Shown here piece after piece: positions 21,701 through 32,133 of a stretch of DNA of 64,000 nt. Location: contig CAVOMX010000025.1 in NCBI GenBank assembly GCA_963697165.1, positions 118,525 through 182,524 of the forward strand, given 5' to 3'. Position 1 is the first letter of the stretch; every line of letters starts with the position of its first letter. The DNA is from Candidatus Bathyarchaeota archaeon. Its GTDB lineage: Archaea; Thermoproteota; Bathyarchaeia; Bathyarchaeales; Bathyarchaeaceae. The notes beneath the pieces are model-generated. The model had not been told where the DNA came from, made no database searches, and saw only the letters and a program-made list of their open reading frames with translations. Position numbers and translations under genes: made by a program.

Positions 21701-23078
21701 TTATTTCTTTTCTCGCTTAGCAATCTCTTTGGCAACTATAACTCCAGAAGCAGACGCTTGAATGAGTCCTCGGCTTACTCCAGCTCCGTCACCGATAGTA
21801 AACATGTTCTCGATTCTTTGTTTCCAGTTGATCAGTCAACTCGAGCCTTGAGGAATAGAACTTAACTTCTATTCCATAAAGCAACGTGTCGTTCGAGTTT
21901 ACTCCTGGAGCCACCTTATCCAACGCCTCAAGCATCTCTTTGATGTCAGACAAATAGCGGTAGGGCAAAACGAAGCTGAGGTCTCCTGGCGTGGCATTCT
22001 TGAGGGTTGGAACACACAGGCTCCGTTTTATCCGCTCCTCTGTTGAGCGGCGTCCAGCCTTTAGGTCGCCTAGCCTCTGAATGATTACGCCTCCGCTGAG
22101 CAGGTTTGAGAGTCGTGCAATATATTTTCCGTAGGCTATGGGTTCTCTGAATGGTTCTGTGAAAGCTGTGCTGACCAAGATTGCAAAGTTGGTGTTTTTT
22201 GTTTTCCGTTCAGCATAGCTCTGTCCGTTCACTGTTAAGATGCCATCATAGGATTCGGTGATAACTTCTCCGAGAGGCGAAACACAGAAGGTCCGCACCT
22301 GATCATCAAACGATTTAGAGTGATAAATCAGCTTGGGCTCATACAAGGTCTTAGTTAGTTCCTCCATGACAGCAGCTTGAAGCTCCACCCTGACGCCGAT
22401 GTCCACAGGATTGTTCAAAGTTTTCAGACCAAGAACCTCTGCCTCAGTTTTCAACCACTCGGCGCCGATTCTTCCAGGCGCCACAATCACATATTTTCCA
22501 TAGAACTTTTCGCCCTTTGTTGTCTCAACACCTTCAACCTTGCCGTCTTTAACCAAAAGGCTCTTAACGTCTGTTCGGGTCCGAATGTCAACCCTACCTT
22601 CAAGATGACTACGCATCTTACGAAGAGTCTCAGCACATTTTTCAGTGCCCATATGCCGAACTTTCTGGGAAACAAGCTTCAACCCAGCAAGAGAAGCTTT
22701 TCGTTCGAGTTCATCAAACTTTTCTGGACCCACACCATAAAGATGCTTAGTAGCCCCAAACTTCAGATAAACGTCATCAACATAATGGAGCAACTCCCAA
22801 AGTTGCTCTTCGGTGCAGTATTCGTTAAGCCATCCACCAACTTCTGTTGACAAAGTAAGCTTTCCATCACTAAAAGCGCCAGCGCCGCCCCAACCAGCCA
22901 ACAGGGAGCACGGGTCACAGTTCACGCAGCCCAAGCCTCTACTGGCAGGACATTTGCGCCGATCAATAGCTGAACCTTTATCCAAAAGCAAAATACTGAG
23001 GTTTGTTTTGTCAGCTAACTCAAGAGCAGAAAATATTCCAGCCGGACCAGCGCCCACAATTATGACGTCGAAATTCAT
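21701..23078 (-). CDS. FAD-dependent oxidoreductase with Cys-rich insert; frameshift near 21815
   Basis: IIVGAGPAG, GWGGAGAFSDGK; C-terminal IGDGAGVSRGLIQAS lies in a shifted frame. Confidence 0.88.
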
Positions 23079-23246
23079 CAAGGGTTCCTCCGGAATTCCA
23101 AAACTACATAGAATAGGTGCAATATATGTGTTGGCTGGAAAGCAACAAACTAAACAATAAGCCAATGTTAGAAGCAGAAGATAAACGGTTCAGTTTAGCT
23201 ATTTTGGCTTTAGCAAATTTTTGCAGATACAAAAAACTGTGGATAC

Positions 23247-23606
23247 TCATTTTGTTTCTTCCTCTTTTTTAAGAGTCTTATCCATCAGTTTCCGAAGAAT
23301 AGGAACAGCTTCCTGTTCGGTAACGGATTTTGTGAAAACTGAAACTAAACTGATCTTGTTCGTTTTTTGGGCAAGAAGTTCAGCTAATAGGCGGGCAATT
23401 GTCATATTTCTGTCTCCAAGCAACACTGAGGAGAGAGGTGAACCAACCAAGTTCTTTGGTTGCGGCATAGCCACAGCCAATGTGCCCAGCTTGTCTTCGC
23501 CTTCACTCAAAAACAGTTGGTTCGCATTTTTTGTTTCTATGTAAACGGCAAAAAATGACGTGCCCTGTTCATTATGCTCTTCTTTGATGATTTTTGCTCG
23601 TGACAA
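23247..23606 (-). CDS. Proteasome assembly chaperone 4 (PAC4/PSMG4)-like protein
   Basis: LGTLAVAMP...SSVLLGD...ARLLAELLAQKTNK..VS resembles the eukaryotic PAC4 core. Confidence 0.7.
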   Translation of the reverse strand: MSRAKIIKEEHNEQGTSFFAVYIETKNANQLFLSEGEDKLGTLAVAMPQPKNLVGSPLSSVLLGDRNMTIARLLAELLAQKTNKISLVSVFTKSVTEQEAVPILRKLMDKTLKKEEETK

Positions 23607-23682
23607 CCCCGATTCTCCATGCCATTAATAGCAGGGTCAAGCGTCTATTTAGTATTTTCAAACAAATAGGCAACTAAAAGGT

Positions 23683-24972
23683 TTACAGAGTTGTGGAGTA
23701 CACTGTGCTTAAGCTGGTCTCCCTGAAGTTTTTGTTCAGTTTTATCTGCCCGAAACACAGCGTAGACACTTTCTTGCTCACAGGAGTGTAGACTTTCAGA
23801 ACTTTTCGTTTGTAATCAACTTCATGCAGGATACCAATTCCCAAAAAATGGTCTTCCTCATCTTTTAGCCCCACAAGCAAGCCCTGCTCGTCTCCTTTAC
23901 GTATCACTTTAACCCGTTTTCCGAAGTGCTCCTCAACAGATTTAATGTTGCGTCTCATTAACTGTTTTCACTCTCCTTTAACACAACAAGGAGAACAGTA
24001 ATATGTTTCTTCAGCGTAAACTGGTCTTGTTCCCAACAGATTACACAAGGTTTCCAAACGGTTACGAGTCAATGGAACGCCAGACCCCAAAAGAGAATCT
24101 TCAACTTTAATCCAACTAATAGAAAAAGATTGAATCTTTGCTCCTTTCATGTACTTCTTGTAACTAAGCTCCCGCAAAAGCTTCCTTTTTTCTCTACTTC
24201 TTGGCTGAATCAGACTGTGGAGAATCAATAACAAGAACCTTGACGCCATGCAATGCGTCTAAAATGGGTGTTTAACTCGTTTTCCTGTTGCATTCCCACG
24301 ACAACGCTGGGAGCAACCTTTTCTGCTAATCGAACTTTGTATGCGACTGCCTCTTCGCCTTCGATCCAGCCGTCAGTGTTTATGACAAGAAAATCCACTG
24401 CCCGCCTCCATCACTCTAGCCTCCAGAGAAGTCAAGCCCTCAACGACCTTACTTATTGCTCCGCTTGGACTCGTCGACCCCACAAAAACCGCGTCCTGAG
24501 CATCAATCTCGAAGAGGTCCTTCACAGGCTCAGCTACGAAATTGAATCCCACAGTTGAGGGCGGACCCACATCAGACTGACCCAAATCAGCGTCGATAAC
24601 GCTTGTCCTCAGCTTCTCTTTCACAGCCGCATTCACAAGAAAAGTGCAGAAGCTTGTCTTGCCTGAGTCTACGCCGCCTACAACCATGACAGTCACAGGT
24701 TTATCTAGGGACAAAAGCTCCTTCGCAGCTTCATCCCACGAAGAAGGAACGGTTCCATCTTCAACTTCGTTTATGGAAGCCCCTTGCCCAAGCATAACTT
24801 CAAGAGTAGCCGTTTTTTTGATCCACAGGGGCAACCGTTTTCCTTGCCTGACCACAAGATTCTCTTCGATTTGAAGAGGTGCACCCAGAACGTTTACATT
24901 TCCGGAGAGAAGGCTCACGGAAGCGGGTCCGTCAACAAGTAAAGTCTTTCCTTCATCGATAACATGCTTCAT
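23683..24972 (-). CDS. Clp1/Nol9-like polynucleotide 5'-kinase, split over several frames
   Basis: GGVDSGKT, DADLGQSDVGPP, shifted INTDGW, C-terminal LGIGIL..VDY..KVLKVYTP. Confidence 0.85.
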
Positions 24973-25625
24973 GGAAGATTCCTTCTCGAAAATACTCGAC
25001 CTTTTCTTCCCGCAATTTTTATGGCAGAAATAGCGTCCCTTAACACTCTGCGGTTCACAGACTTGTTCGCGAGCTGACTTGTACCAGCCTCACGGACCAC
25101 CTCAACCAAAACATCTTCTGGCAGACCAGCTTCCAATAAATCGAGTAATGTTGTGGTGTATTCGGGAGTTCCATCTCCCACCCTCACCACGCTAACCTCG
25201 GCTGGAAACCGTTTCAGGCTGTCTACAATGAGGTGAGCCGCATCTTCTATGTTTGACGCTGTCAGGGTTTCTAGGACCTTGTTGTCGCCTAGAATGGCTA
25301 TGCCGCAGGTTTTGCCGGGGTCTACTCCGACAACAATTCTTTCGTAGCCCTGTTTTCCCTGAATAATCAAAACTGCCTCATCTACTACAGATTCAGGGTT
25401 TGATTCCTGCTCAAAAAGTAGAATGTTTGGGTGTGAAATCTGGCTGCTCTCCGCTTCTGTGGTTAGGACAACTTTGATATTAACTGGAACAGGATCCCAT
25501 GGTTTCAGGCTCAAGAAGGGCAACCTCTTTCTCTGCAGTTCGTTCACAAGTTCGTAATAGGCTCTTCCATTAACGGTTGCAACAGCTATTCTCGTTTTCA
25601 TTTGATTACACGTTCCATGTTCCAC
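24969..25625 (-). CDS. RNase H-fold (YqgF/RuvC-like) domain protein
   Basis: VGVDPGKTCGIA, VGDG, E.GTS, D..SA..IA. Confidence 0.7.
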   Translation of the reverse strand: MEHGTCNQMKTRIAVATVNGRAYYELVNELQRKRLPFLSLKPWDPVPVNIKVVLTTEAESSQISHPNILLFEQESNPESVVDEAVLIIQGKQGYERIVVGVDPGKTCGIAILGDNKVLETLTASNIEDAAHLIVDSLKRFPAEVSVVRVGDGTPEYTTTLLDLLEAGLPEDVLVEVVREAGTSQLANKSVNRRVLRDAISAIKIAGRKGRVFSRRNLP

Positions 25626-25802
25626 ACAAGAAACAACTGATTAGAAAATGGAGAGATGTCTTCATGCATAACTTTGAACCCTGCGTGACTCTTCCTGTCT
25701 TTTTTCCGCTTAAATATCTTACGAATAATTATTCAATAAAAACAGACAGCAGAGAGAAGGCTTATAATTCCTGAGGATTACTTCGATTCTTGTGTTAGCG
25801 AA

Positions 25803-26495
25803 TTGCATAAGCTCATTCCAACGGGTTGTATCTCGCTTGACAAATTGTTAGGAGGAGGATTCCCTGCCGAAAGCGTCTCCCTCATCTATGGAGAAGCGGA
25901 AACAGGCAAAACTTCTCTTGCTGTTCAATGCGCAGTTAATTGCGCACGCAGAGGCATCAAGTCACTCTTCATAGACACTGATGGAACTTTCTCCTATGAA
26001 CGACTGTCACAGATAGCAGAGTACGATTACCAAAAAATTTCACCACTCATGATCATAATGAGACCAACAACATTTCAAGACCAATCCAAATCAATAGATC
26101 ACCTTGAAAAGGTTATAAACAAAAAATTTGGGTTAATCATCGTCGACACAGTCACATCACTATATCGAGTAGAACTTGACGGCACAAAAGAAACATACGC
26201 CGCGAACCGCGAGTTGAACAGACAGTTGGCGGTTTTGATGCAGATAGCCAAAACATGTGGAGTAGCAGTTCTCATTGTCAGTCAGGTGAGAAGTGTTCCT
26301 CTTGGAGAAACGGTTGAAATGAAACCTGTGGCAACGCGTGTTCTGAACTACTGGTCAGACATCATACTCGACATGAGGCAGACAAGTCAAACGCGGGTCA
26401 TAAAGGTCCTGCGCGAGAAGCATCCGAAAATCAAGGGAAAAGGAGCCATTTACGTTAAGATAGAGAGAACAGGAATAAGCGATTACATGCACTAG
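25803..26495 (+). CDS. radB: RadB recombination protein
   Basis: TG...LD.LLGGG, GEAETGKT, IIVD, C-terminal EKHP. Confidence 0.88.
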   Translation: MHKLIPTGCISLDKLLGGGFPAESVSLIYGEAETGKTSLAVQCAVNCARRGIKSLFIDTDGTFSYERLSQIAEYDYQKISPLMIIMRPTTFQDQSKSIDHLEKVINKKFGLIIVDTVTSLYRVELDGTKETYAANRELNRQLAVLMQIAKTCGVAVLIVSQVRSVPLGETVEMKPVATRVLNYWSDIILDMRQTSQTRVIKVLREKHPKIKGKGAIYVKIERTGISDYMH

Positions 26496-26523
26496 AGTTA
26501 TTTTCTTCACTAATGAATAAGGA

Positions 26524-27069
26524 TTGAAAAACATGACAATAACAGTAATCGACGTCGCCGCAGCCATGTGGTTTATTTTCCCAGCGTACTGTGCCAACGC
26601 AGCCCCTGTCATCTTCGGCGGAGGCAAATCCATGGATTTCGGCAAAAAATTTGTGGACGGCAAACCATTCCTTGGATCCCACAAAACATTCAGAGGATTC
26701 TTGGCGGGCATTATCGTGGGAACGTTAGTTGGAGCAGCGCAAACAGTCATCTTTGAACAGTTTCTATTTCAATACAGCCCCCAGTTTGAATACAGCATAC
26801 TGCTTGGATTTGTGCTGTCTCTAGGAGCTTTAACAGGCGACTTGATAGAATCATTCATTAAAAGGCGGCTAAACCGTTCTCCCGGAAGCTCGCTTCCAGT
26901 AGCGGATCAGATAGACTTCATACTGGGAGCATTCCTCTTTTCCATCCCAGTTTCGTCCCCCTCTTTGGTTTCGGCTCTGATAATTCTCTTGATAACAATC
27001 CCGATACACCTGTTAACAAACCTAGGCGCTGCTCTTTTGAACATGAAAAACAAAGGAAAAAGCAGGTGA
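26524..27069 (+). CDS. carS: CDP-archaeol synthase
   Basis: PAYCANAAP, HKTFRG, GDLIESFIKRR, DQIDF. Confidence 0.92.
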   Translation: MKNMTITVIDVAAAMWFIFPAYCANAAPVIFGGGKSMDFGKKFVDGKPFLGSHKTFRGFLAGIIVGTLVGAAQTVIFEQFLFQYSPQFEYSILLGFVLSLGALTGDLIESFIKRRLNRSPGSSLPVADQIDFILGAFLFSIPVSSPSLVSALIILLITIPIHLLTNLGAALLNMKNKGKSR

Positions 27070-27104
27070 ACCTGCGCCGCTTTGGCTTGTAGCCCATCTG
27101 GAGT

Positions 27105-27527
27105 CTAGCCTAAGCTGGCTAACAGATTTTGTTCAAGTAAAAGATAGGCTAACAGAAGTAGAGCACAGCCAACCAGAAGGAACCTGTATGCTTGGCGGGG
27201 GTTATACGCGTACTTTGTGCTTCTATATGCCACAAGAAAGCCCACGACTCCCATAGCATAGAAAATCATGATGATTATGCTCTCCAAGAGCAACTGCTCA
27301 GAAATCCCATAAGGATAGAAACTGATTATTCTTCCAGTAGAACCGACGATTGCTACGATGGGCTGGATCAGCAGGTCGTAGACTCCGCCTGCAAACAGGA
27401 ATAGTGAAGCAGCAACAACCGCGGTGGCAACAACAAATAAGGAAGGTTTAGCAGTTAGTATTCTCTCGTAAGTTTTCTGCAACGAAAAGGCAAGAGATGA
27501 AAGTTGTTTACTAAAACTTTTAGCCAT
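27105..27527 (-). CDS. OSTC/DC2 (OST3/OST6 family)-like membrane protein
   Basis: FLFAGGVYDLL..P...FYPYGISEQLLLE...MGVVGF; three TMs. Confidence 0.65.
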   Translation of the reverse strand: MAKSFSKQLSSLAFSLQKTYERILTAKPSLFVVATAVVAASLFLFAGGVYDLLIQPIVAIVGSTGRIISFYPYGISEQLLLESIIIMIFYAMGVVGFLVAYRSTKYAYNPRQAYRFLLVGCALLLLAYLLLEQNLLASLG

Positions 27528-27530
27528 AGT

Positions 27531-27743
27531 TTATCCATCCTTGTTCATCAATAGATGCTCTGCAAGTTCTTTTGCCCAAGCGCCTGTGTATGAATTCTCC
27601 ACAACAGCTTTTAAATATTCCTTCCAAGAGACGCCCGCAGTCCTTTGCCAAGTTTCAAATTTCTGAACAACAGCACCGTAAGCTCTTTCGTGGAACTCGC
27701 AATATTTCTCTACAGCGTCTCTGCCACAAACAATGCACTTCAC
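27531..27743 (-). CDS. Small Zn-finger hypothetical protein
   Basis: CxxC...YCxxH; overlaps the topA stop. Confidence 0.75.
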   Translation of the reverse strand: MKCIVCGRDAVEKYCEFHERAYGAVVQKFETWQRTAGVSWKEYLKAVVENSYTGAWAKELAEHLLMNKDG

Positions 27744-29879
27744 GGTTTTTTCCTCCGCTTATCCTTAAGAGAGCAATCGAGATTGAAGCACATGTTCCAG
27801 GGGTTCTTGCCTCTGAGCCACACCAGAACAGTTGGCCAGCCACACGCTTTACAGTTGCTTTTGGCGGGTTTAATGGTTCCACGTTGAGGAAGAGGAAAAG
27901 ACGTTTTACATATACCTTTGAAGTAGTTGGTGCAGCCAATGAAGCGCTTTCTAGTCGTCCGCGAATAGATAATCATAAGTTCGCCTGTGCCACAATTTGG
28001 GCATCTTCCCACAGTTCGTTCCTGTATTTCCGCTCTCGTAGTGGCTTTACTCAAGGCTTCGCCGATACTTTCTTCGTTTTCTTTGAATTGTTCCAGCTGG
28101 GACTTCAGCTGCTCAACAACTTCTGCGATAACAGTTTCCCGCCTCATTTTACCGTTTTGGATTTGTTCCATTTTACCCTCAAGGTCTTGAGTGAGCATCG
28201 CCGAGACTAGAACCGAAGCGTACCTGCCGAGAACATCGATGATATCGAAGCCCAGCTCAGTCACCACAATTCTCTCATCCATGATGTATTCGCGGTTGTA
28301 AAGAGTCTGAATGATATCTGCTCGGGTTGCCTTAGTTCCGATTCCAAGCTCTTCCATCTTATTAAGGAGACTACTTGGATTGTAACGAGGCGGGGGGCAG
28401 GTGAATTTGTCTTCCCGTATGACCCGCCGCAGTCGAACAGTAGCCCCTTCTTTGAGTGGAGGCAAAAGCACCTCCTCGGCACGAACGTAGGGCTTGTAGT
28501 ATTCCATCCACCCTTCCTTCACAAGCCGTCTTCCCCTCAAAAAGAAGTTGTGATTGTTTACTTCTAGGCGCGCCTTTATACTCTCTTTGAGTGCATCCTC
28601 CCCGAAAACAGCCATGAACCGTCGGACAATAAGGTCCCAAATCCTCTTCTCTGGCGCGCCCAAGGGCTTTTCTGGTAGGTTTCCTGTTGGATAAACCGCA
28701 GGATGGGCGGAGTCGTCTTTGGCGCCCTCTCGTGGCTTGAGTTCTTCGTTTTCTAGAAGTTTTGAGGCTAACTTTTTGTAACCAAATTGTCTTTTGAGGG
28801 AGCTGAGAATCTTTCTGTAGTCTATTATGAGAGGCAGTTTCTGGCTGCTTGTCCTTGGATATGAGATTAAGGCGTCAAGATATAGGCGCTGAGCGATTAC
28901 TAAGGTGCGTCGTGGAGTGTAACCGAAGAGGCTGTAGGCTTCCCGCTGTAGTGTGCCCACATCGAAGGGCACAGGAGGTTTCTGGTGAACCGTTCTTACG
29001 TTAATCTTGGCGACTTCTCCAGTTTTGTCTGCACAGGCTCGCAGAACAGCATCAGCTTCCGCGCTTGTTTCAATTCGTTTTCTTTCATATTCTGCCTCAA
29101 CGACAGAGTTTAGGATTTCAGCCTCAGCAATTATTTCCCAGTATGGGGTGGGCACAAAGCTGCGGATTGCCTTCTCTCTTGAAGCCAGAAACTGGAGGGT
29201 GGGTCCCTGCACTCTTCCCGTGCTTAAGGTTGAGTATCTGCCGCTCCAGCGGCGCGCAGCTAAAGTTAAAGCCCGTGAAAGGTTTATGCCGTATAGCCAA
29301 TCCACTTCATGTCTGGTTCTTCCAGCTTCTATGAGCTTAAAATCTAGGTGACGGAAGAGGCTCTTCGTATGCTTTTTCTAACTCGCTCTTCATGAGAGTA
29401 GAAAATCGCATCCTTTTTGCTGAAGCGTCCTTGTTGCCGCAGGCATACTTCAGTATGCAGTATCCGATGAGGCTGCCTTCAATGTCGTAGTCGCAAGCTG
29501 ACATAAACTCGTCAGCATCATGGGACAGCTCCGAAAAGGTTTCAACCCAATTACTTATCGTCTTTGATCCTCGCTCTGCTAGGTGCCGCGGTGTCCACCT
29601 GAAATTGAAGACAGGATAATAGTTTCGTTTTCCTCTTTCTTGGACGATAGTGTAGAGATGTCCGATGGCGGGAATAACAACAAGCTGTCTGTCTCTTTGG
29701 GCAACGAAGTAGGTTACACCATTTTTTTTAAGATGCTTTGGCTTGCCTTGCCGGTCAAGGGCATATGCGATTCTTTTTGCTGCATCCGGTTTTTCGGTGA
29801 CTATCAGGGTATATTTTTCACATTTTTGTGTAACTATCGAGTCTGTACCAGAATTATCCTTTGCTGATTCTGGCGACAT
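27740..29879 (-). CDS. topA: DNA topoisomerase IA, frameshift near 29330
   Basis: TOPRIM EKP...DYDIEG, GRVQGP, ISYPRT, C-terminal Zn ribbons. Confidence 0.93.
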
Positions 29880-29939
29880 TGTACCTAATCAGTGGTTGAA
29901 ATTAGAGATACTATATTAAAACTTTCTAGTTGGTAATTG

Positions 29940-32100
29940 GTCAGTATTGTAGTACCCTAGAGAATTTACTCTAGTAATATCATTCTTCTGCTTTCAACAT
30001 AATATGACTGCTAAAACCGTATTAGTTGGTACTTTCCTTTTCTTTTAGATTGCGTGCTTCTAATATCTCAAGTTCATACTTCTTTTGTGCTTTAGCCCCA
30101 AAACTTTCCCTCATTTGTCTTGCCCATATACAGAGAAAAATGAAACTAATAATTCAGAAGACTATTAAGATAATATCCGACAGTGTAAAATTCGAATTTA
30201 TAAAAATTAAAAGTCCTACAGGTTAACAGAAGATATTTTGGTTTCTAATGGTACAACAGAAAGGAAAGAAGAGAGTATACACACAAAACCTAACGAGAAG
30301 AAAGGAAGATAGTTGGGTAATTGTCTTGACCATTTTGGATTTTTATCTGCTATTATTCTTCTTTTCTTTAGATTTGTTTCTCAGTTAAAGTCTTCATCTT
30401 TACTTTCAATACACATAGAAATGTAGGTTCCTGTACTAAGTAATACTGTCTTGTAGACTTTGAATCTTGTAACCTACTGTGAGAATTATTGTTATAGGTA
30501 ATAAAAAGAGATAAGGTCGATAAAGTGTAGTATCCTGTATTGCATAGCCTAAGAGTGTTGCAGTTACCAATATCGTATAAAGAGTCAAGTTATCAATTCT
30601 TATCTAAATTCAAATATTGTTTTTCTAACACTCTTGTACTCTTCAATAAGATGGTCATTAGACAATCTGAAACCCCCTGTATTTGGTATGATAAACAAAA
30701 TAGGATATTTGTTCTTTAAGTATTTGTTCTTAGTAAAATCTCTACTTAGCGGTAGTTTGTACAGCAATAGAAAAGTAGTTTGTTCACTTCTTAGAAATCA
30801 GGTGGTTTTATATAATATCCTCCTAAAACTGCACATTCACAATTCTCGTTAAGCAAACATATAGACAAAATGTAGACACAATCGTTCATACCCCATCTAC
30901 CCCCAATATAGGCTTTATAGAGTAAATAAAACAGGTTTTTAATGCGTAAAACTGGATTTTATAAAATAAACTAAATTAAGCGTAAAATAGAGTTAAGATA
31001 TTACCTGTACATAGACGAATATTGGTTAAGGTCTCCTGGTGACCTTAAGCTATATAATATAATTAATAAAAACTTTAACCTATTAACAAAATGTACAGAT
31101 CTGATATACAGTGGTAGAGCCTGTTCACTGTGTAATGTGCTACAAGTAGTTTAGTTTATCCTTGTTTGTATCTTTGCTCAGGTGCTACTTAGGTGCTTAC
31201 TCAGGTGCTTGGTATTATCCAAAAATAGTGTTAATAGAGTACATGAACAACATTATAATACTATATATCATCTGTGTTTAATTGTCCCATCATTTTCATC
31301 CTTCTCTCCCATCTCTCAGAAGTCTAATCAACACCAGTCTTAACTCTACAATTAGCAGACTAGTTTAACACTGATAGGAACAATCTTTGAATGGAATGGG
31401 AAATCAAACACTGACAATTACAGAACCAAACCACATTCAAAGACTTCCTAACATAACGTAATTATTAATAACAAAGCTTTAATGTATATTCCATCGTATT
31501 ATAATTGCTGAGTCATCAAGGGGATCATTCAAAACATACCCTTAGCTCAACCGTTTTGGAATGTAAACTGTACATTGTTTTGTAAGACTGATATGAATTG
31601 GTTTTTAGCAAAGTTTAAATTCAAATATTTCATCTCTGAGGAAGAGCAGTACCCCAATCTGAACTGGTTCTATCTCCCCCTGATGACTCAGTTTATTATG
31701 ATTGGGATACTGCTTTCTTTCTCACCTAAATAAGAAAAATCGATTATCATTTGTACCAAGTTGGATGTTACCAAAGTATAATTTCAGTTCGGTGATAATT
31801 CACATCAAATTCTGGGAACAACACATTTGGGATGAAAGGTCGGAACGAGGAATATTTTTTTGGTACCTTACAGTTCCCTATTATTTGATTGTGTTTAGTG
31901 AACTGCTATACAGTAGTTTTCCATCAACACTTTCAGTCCATGCTTCTATCAGGCACTCAGAATTCTATATATACGTTGCGAGATATATTTGCAGTTCACC
32001 AAAAAGGGAGCCGTTTGAGGTTACGCATGCGCGCGTAGCCAATAGAAAAGTGTTTCTCGCGGCTTCCGCAATTCGTCATAATACATAAATAGTTTGTGAC
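29940..32100 (+). ncRNA. Candidate very large structured noncoding RNA (or array of structured RNAs)
   Basis: No convincing ORF; about 20 helices of 6-23 bp found by eye, arranged as abutting domains with crossing pairings; most G.U wobbles on + strand. Confidence 0.55.
31177..31210. repeat. Triple tandem repeat ctYaggtgct(t)a
   Basis: ctcaggtgcta cttaggtgctta ctcaggtgctt. Confidence 0.8.
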
Positions 32101-32133
32101 GGTTGTATTTGCTTCTATAACGGCTGTGATACA

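Noticed and set aside
31681..31745. C/D box sRNA starting at TGATGA
   Set aside because: No CTGA D box at a suitable distance; TGATGA is part of a long helix
30026..32088. ORFs 30026-30226, 30634-30852 and 31702-32088 as genes
   Set aside because: TTG starts, atypical composition, no motifs; no frameshifted larger protein recognisable
29880..32133. Chromosomal replication origin
   Set aside because: AT-rich, but I found no ORB-like TCCAGTGGAAAC/G-string repeats and no adjacent cdc6/orc1; crossing pairings and G.U bias fit RNA better. Not fully excluded.
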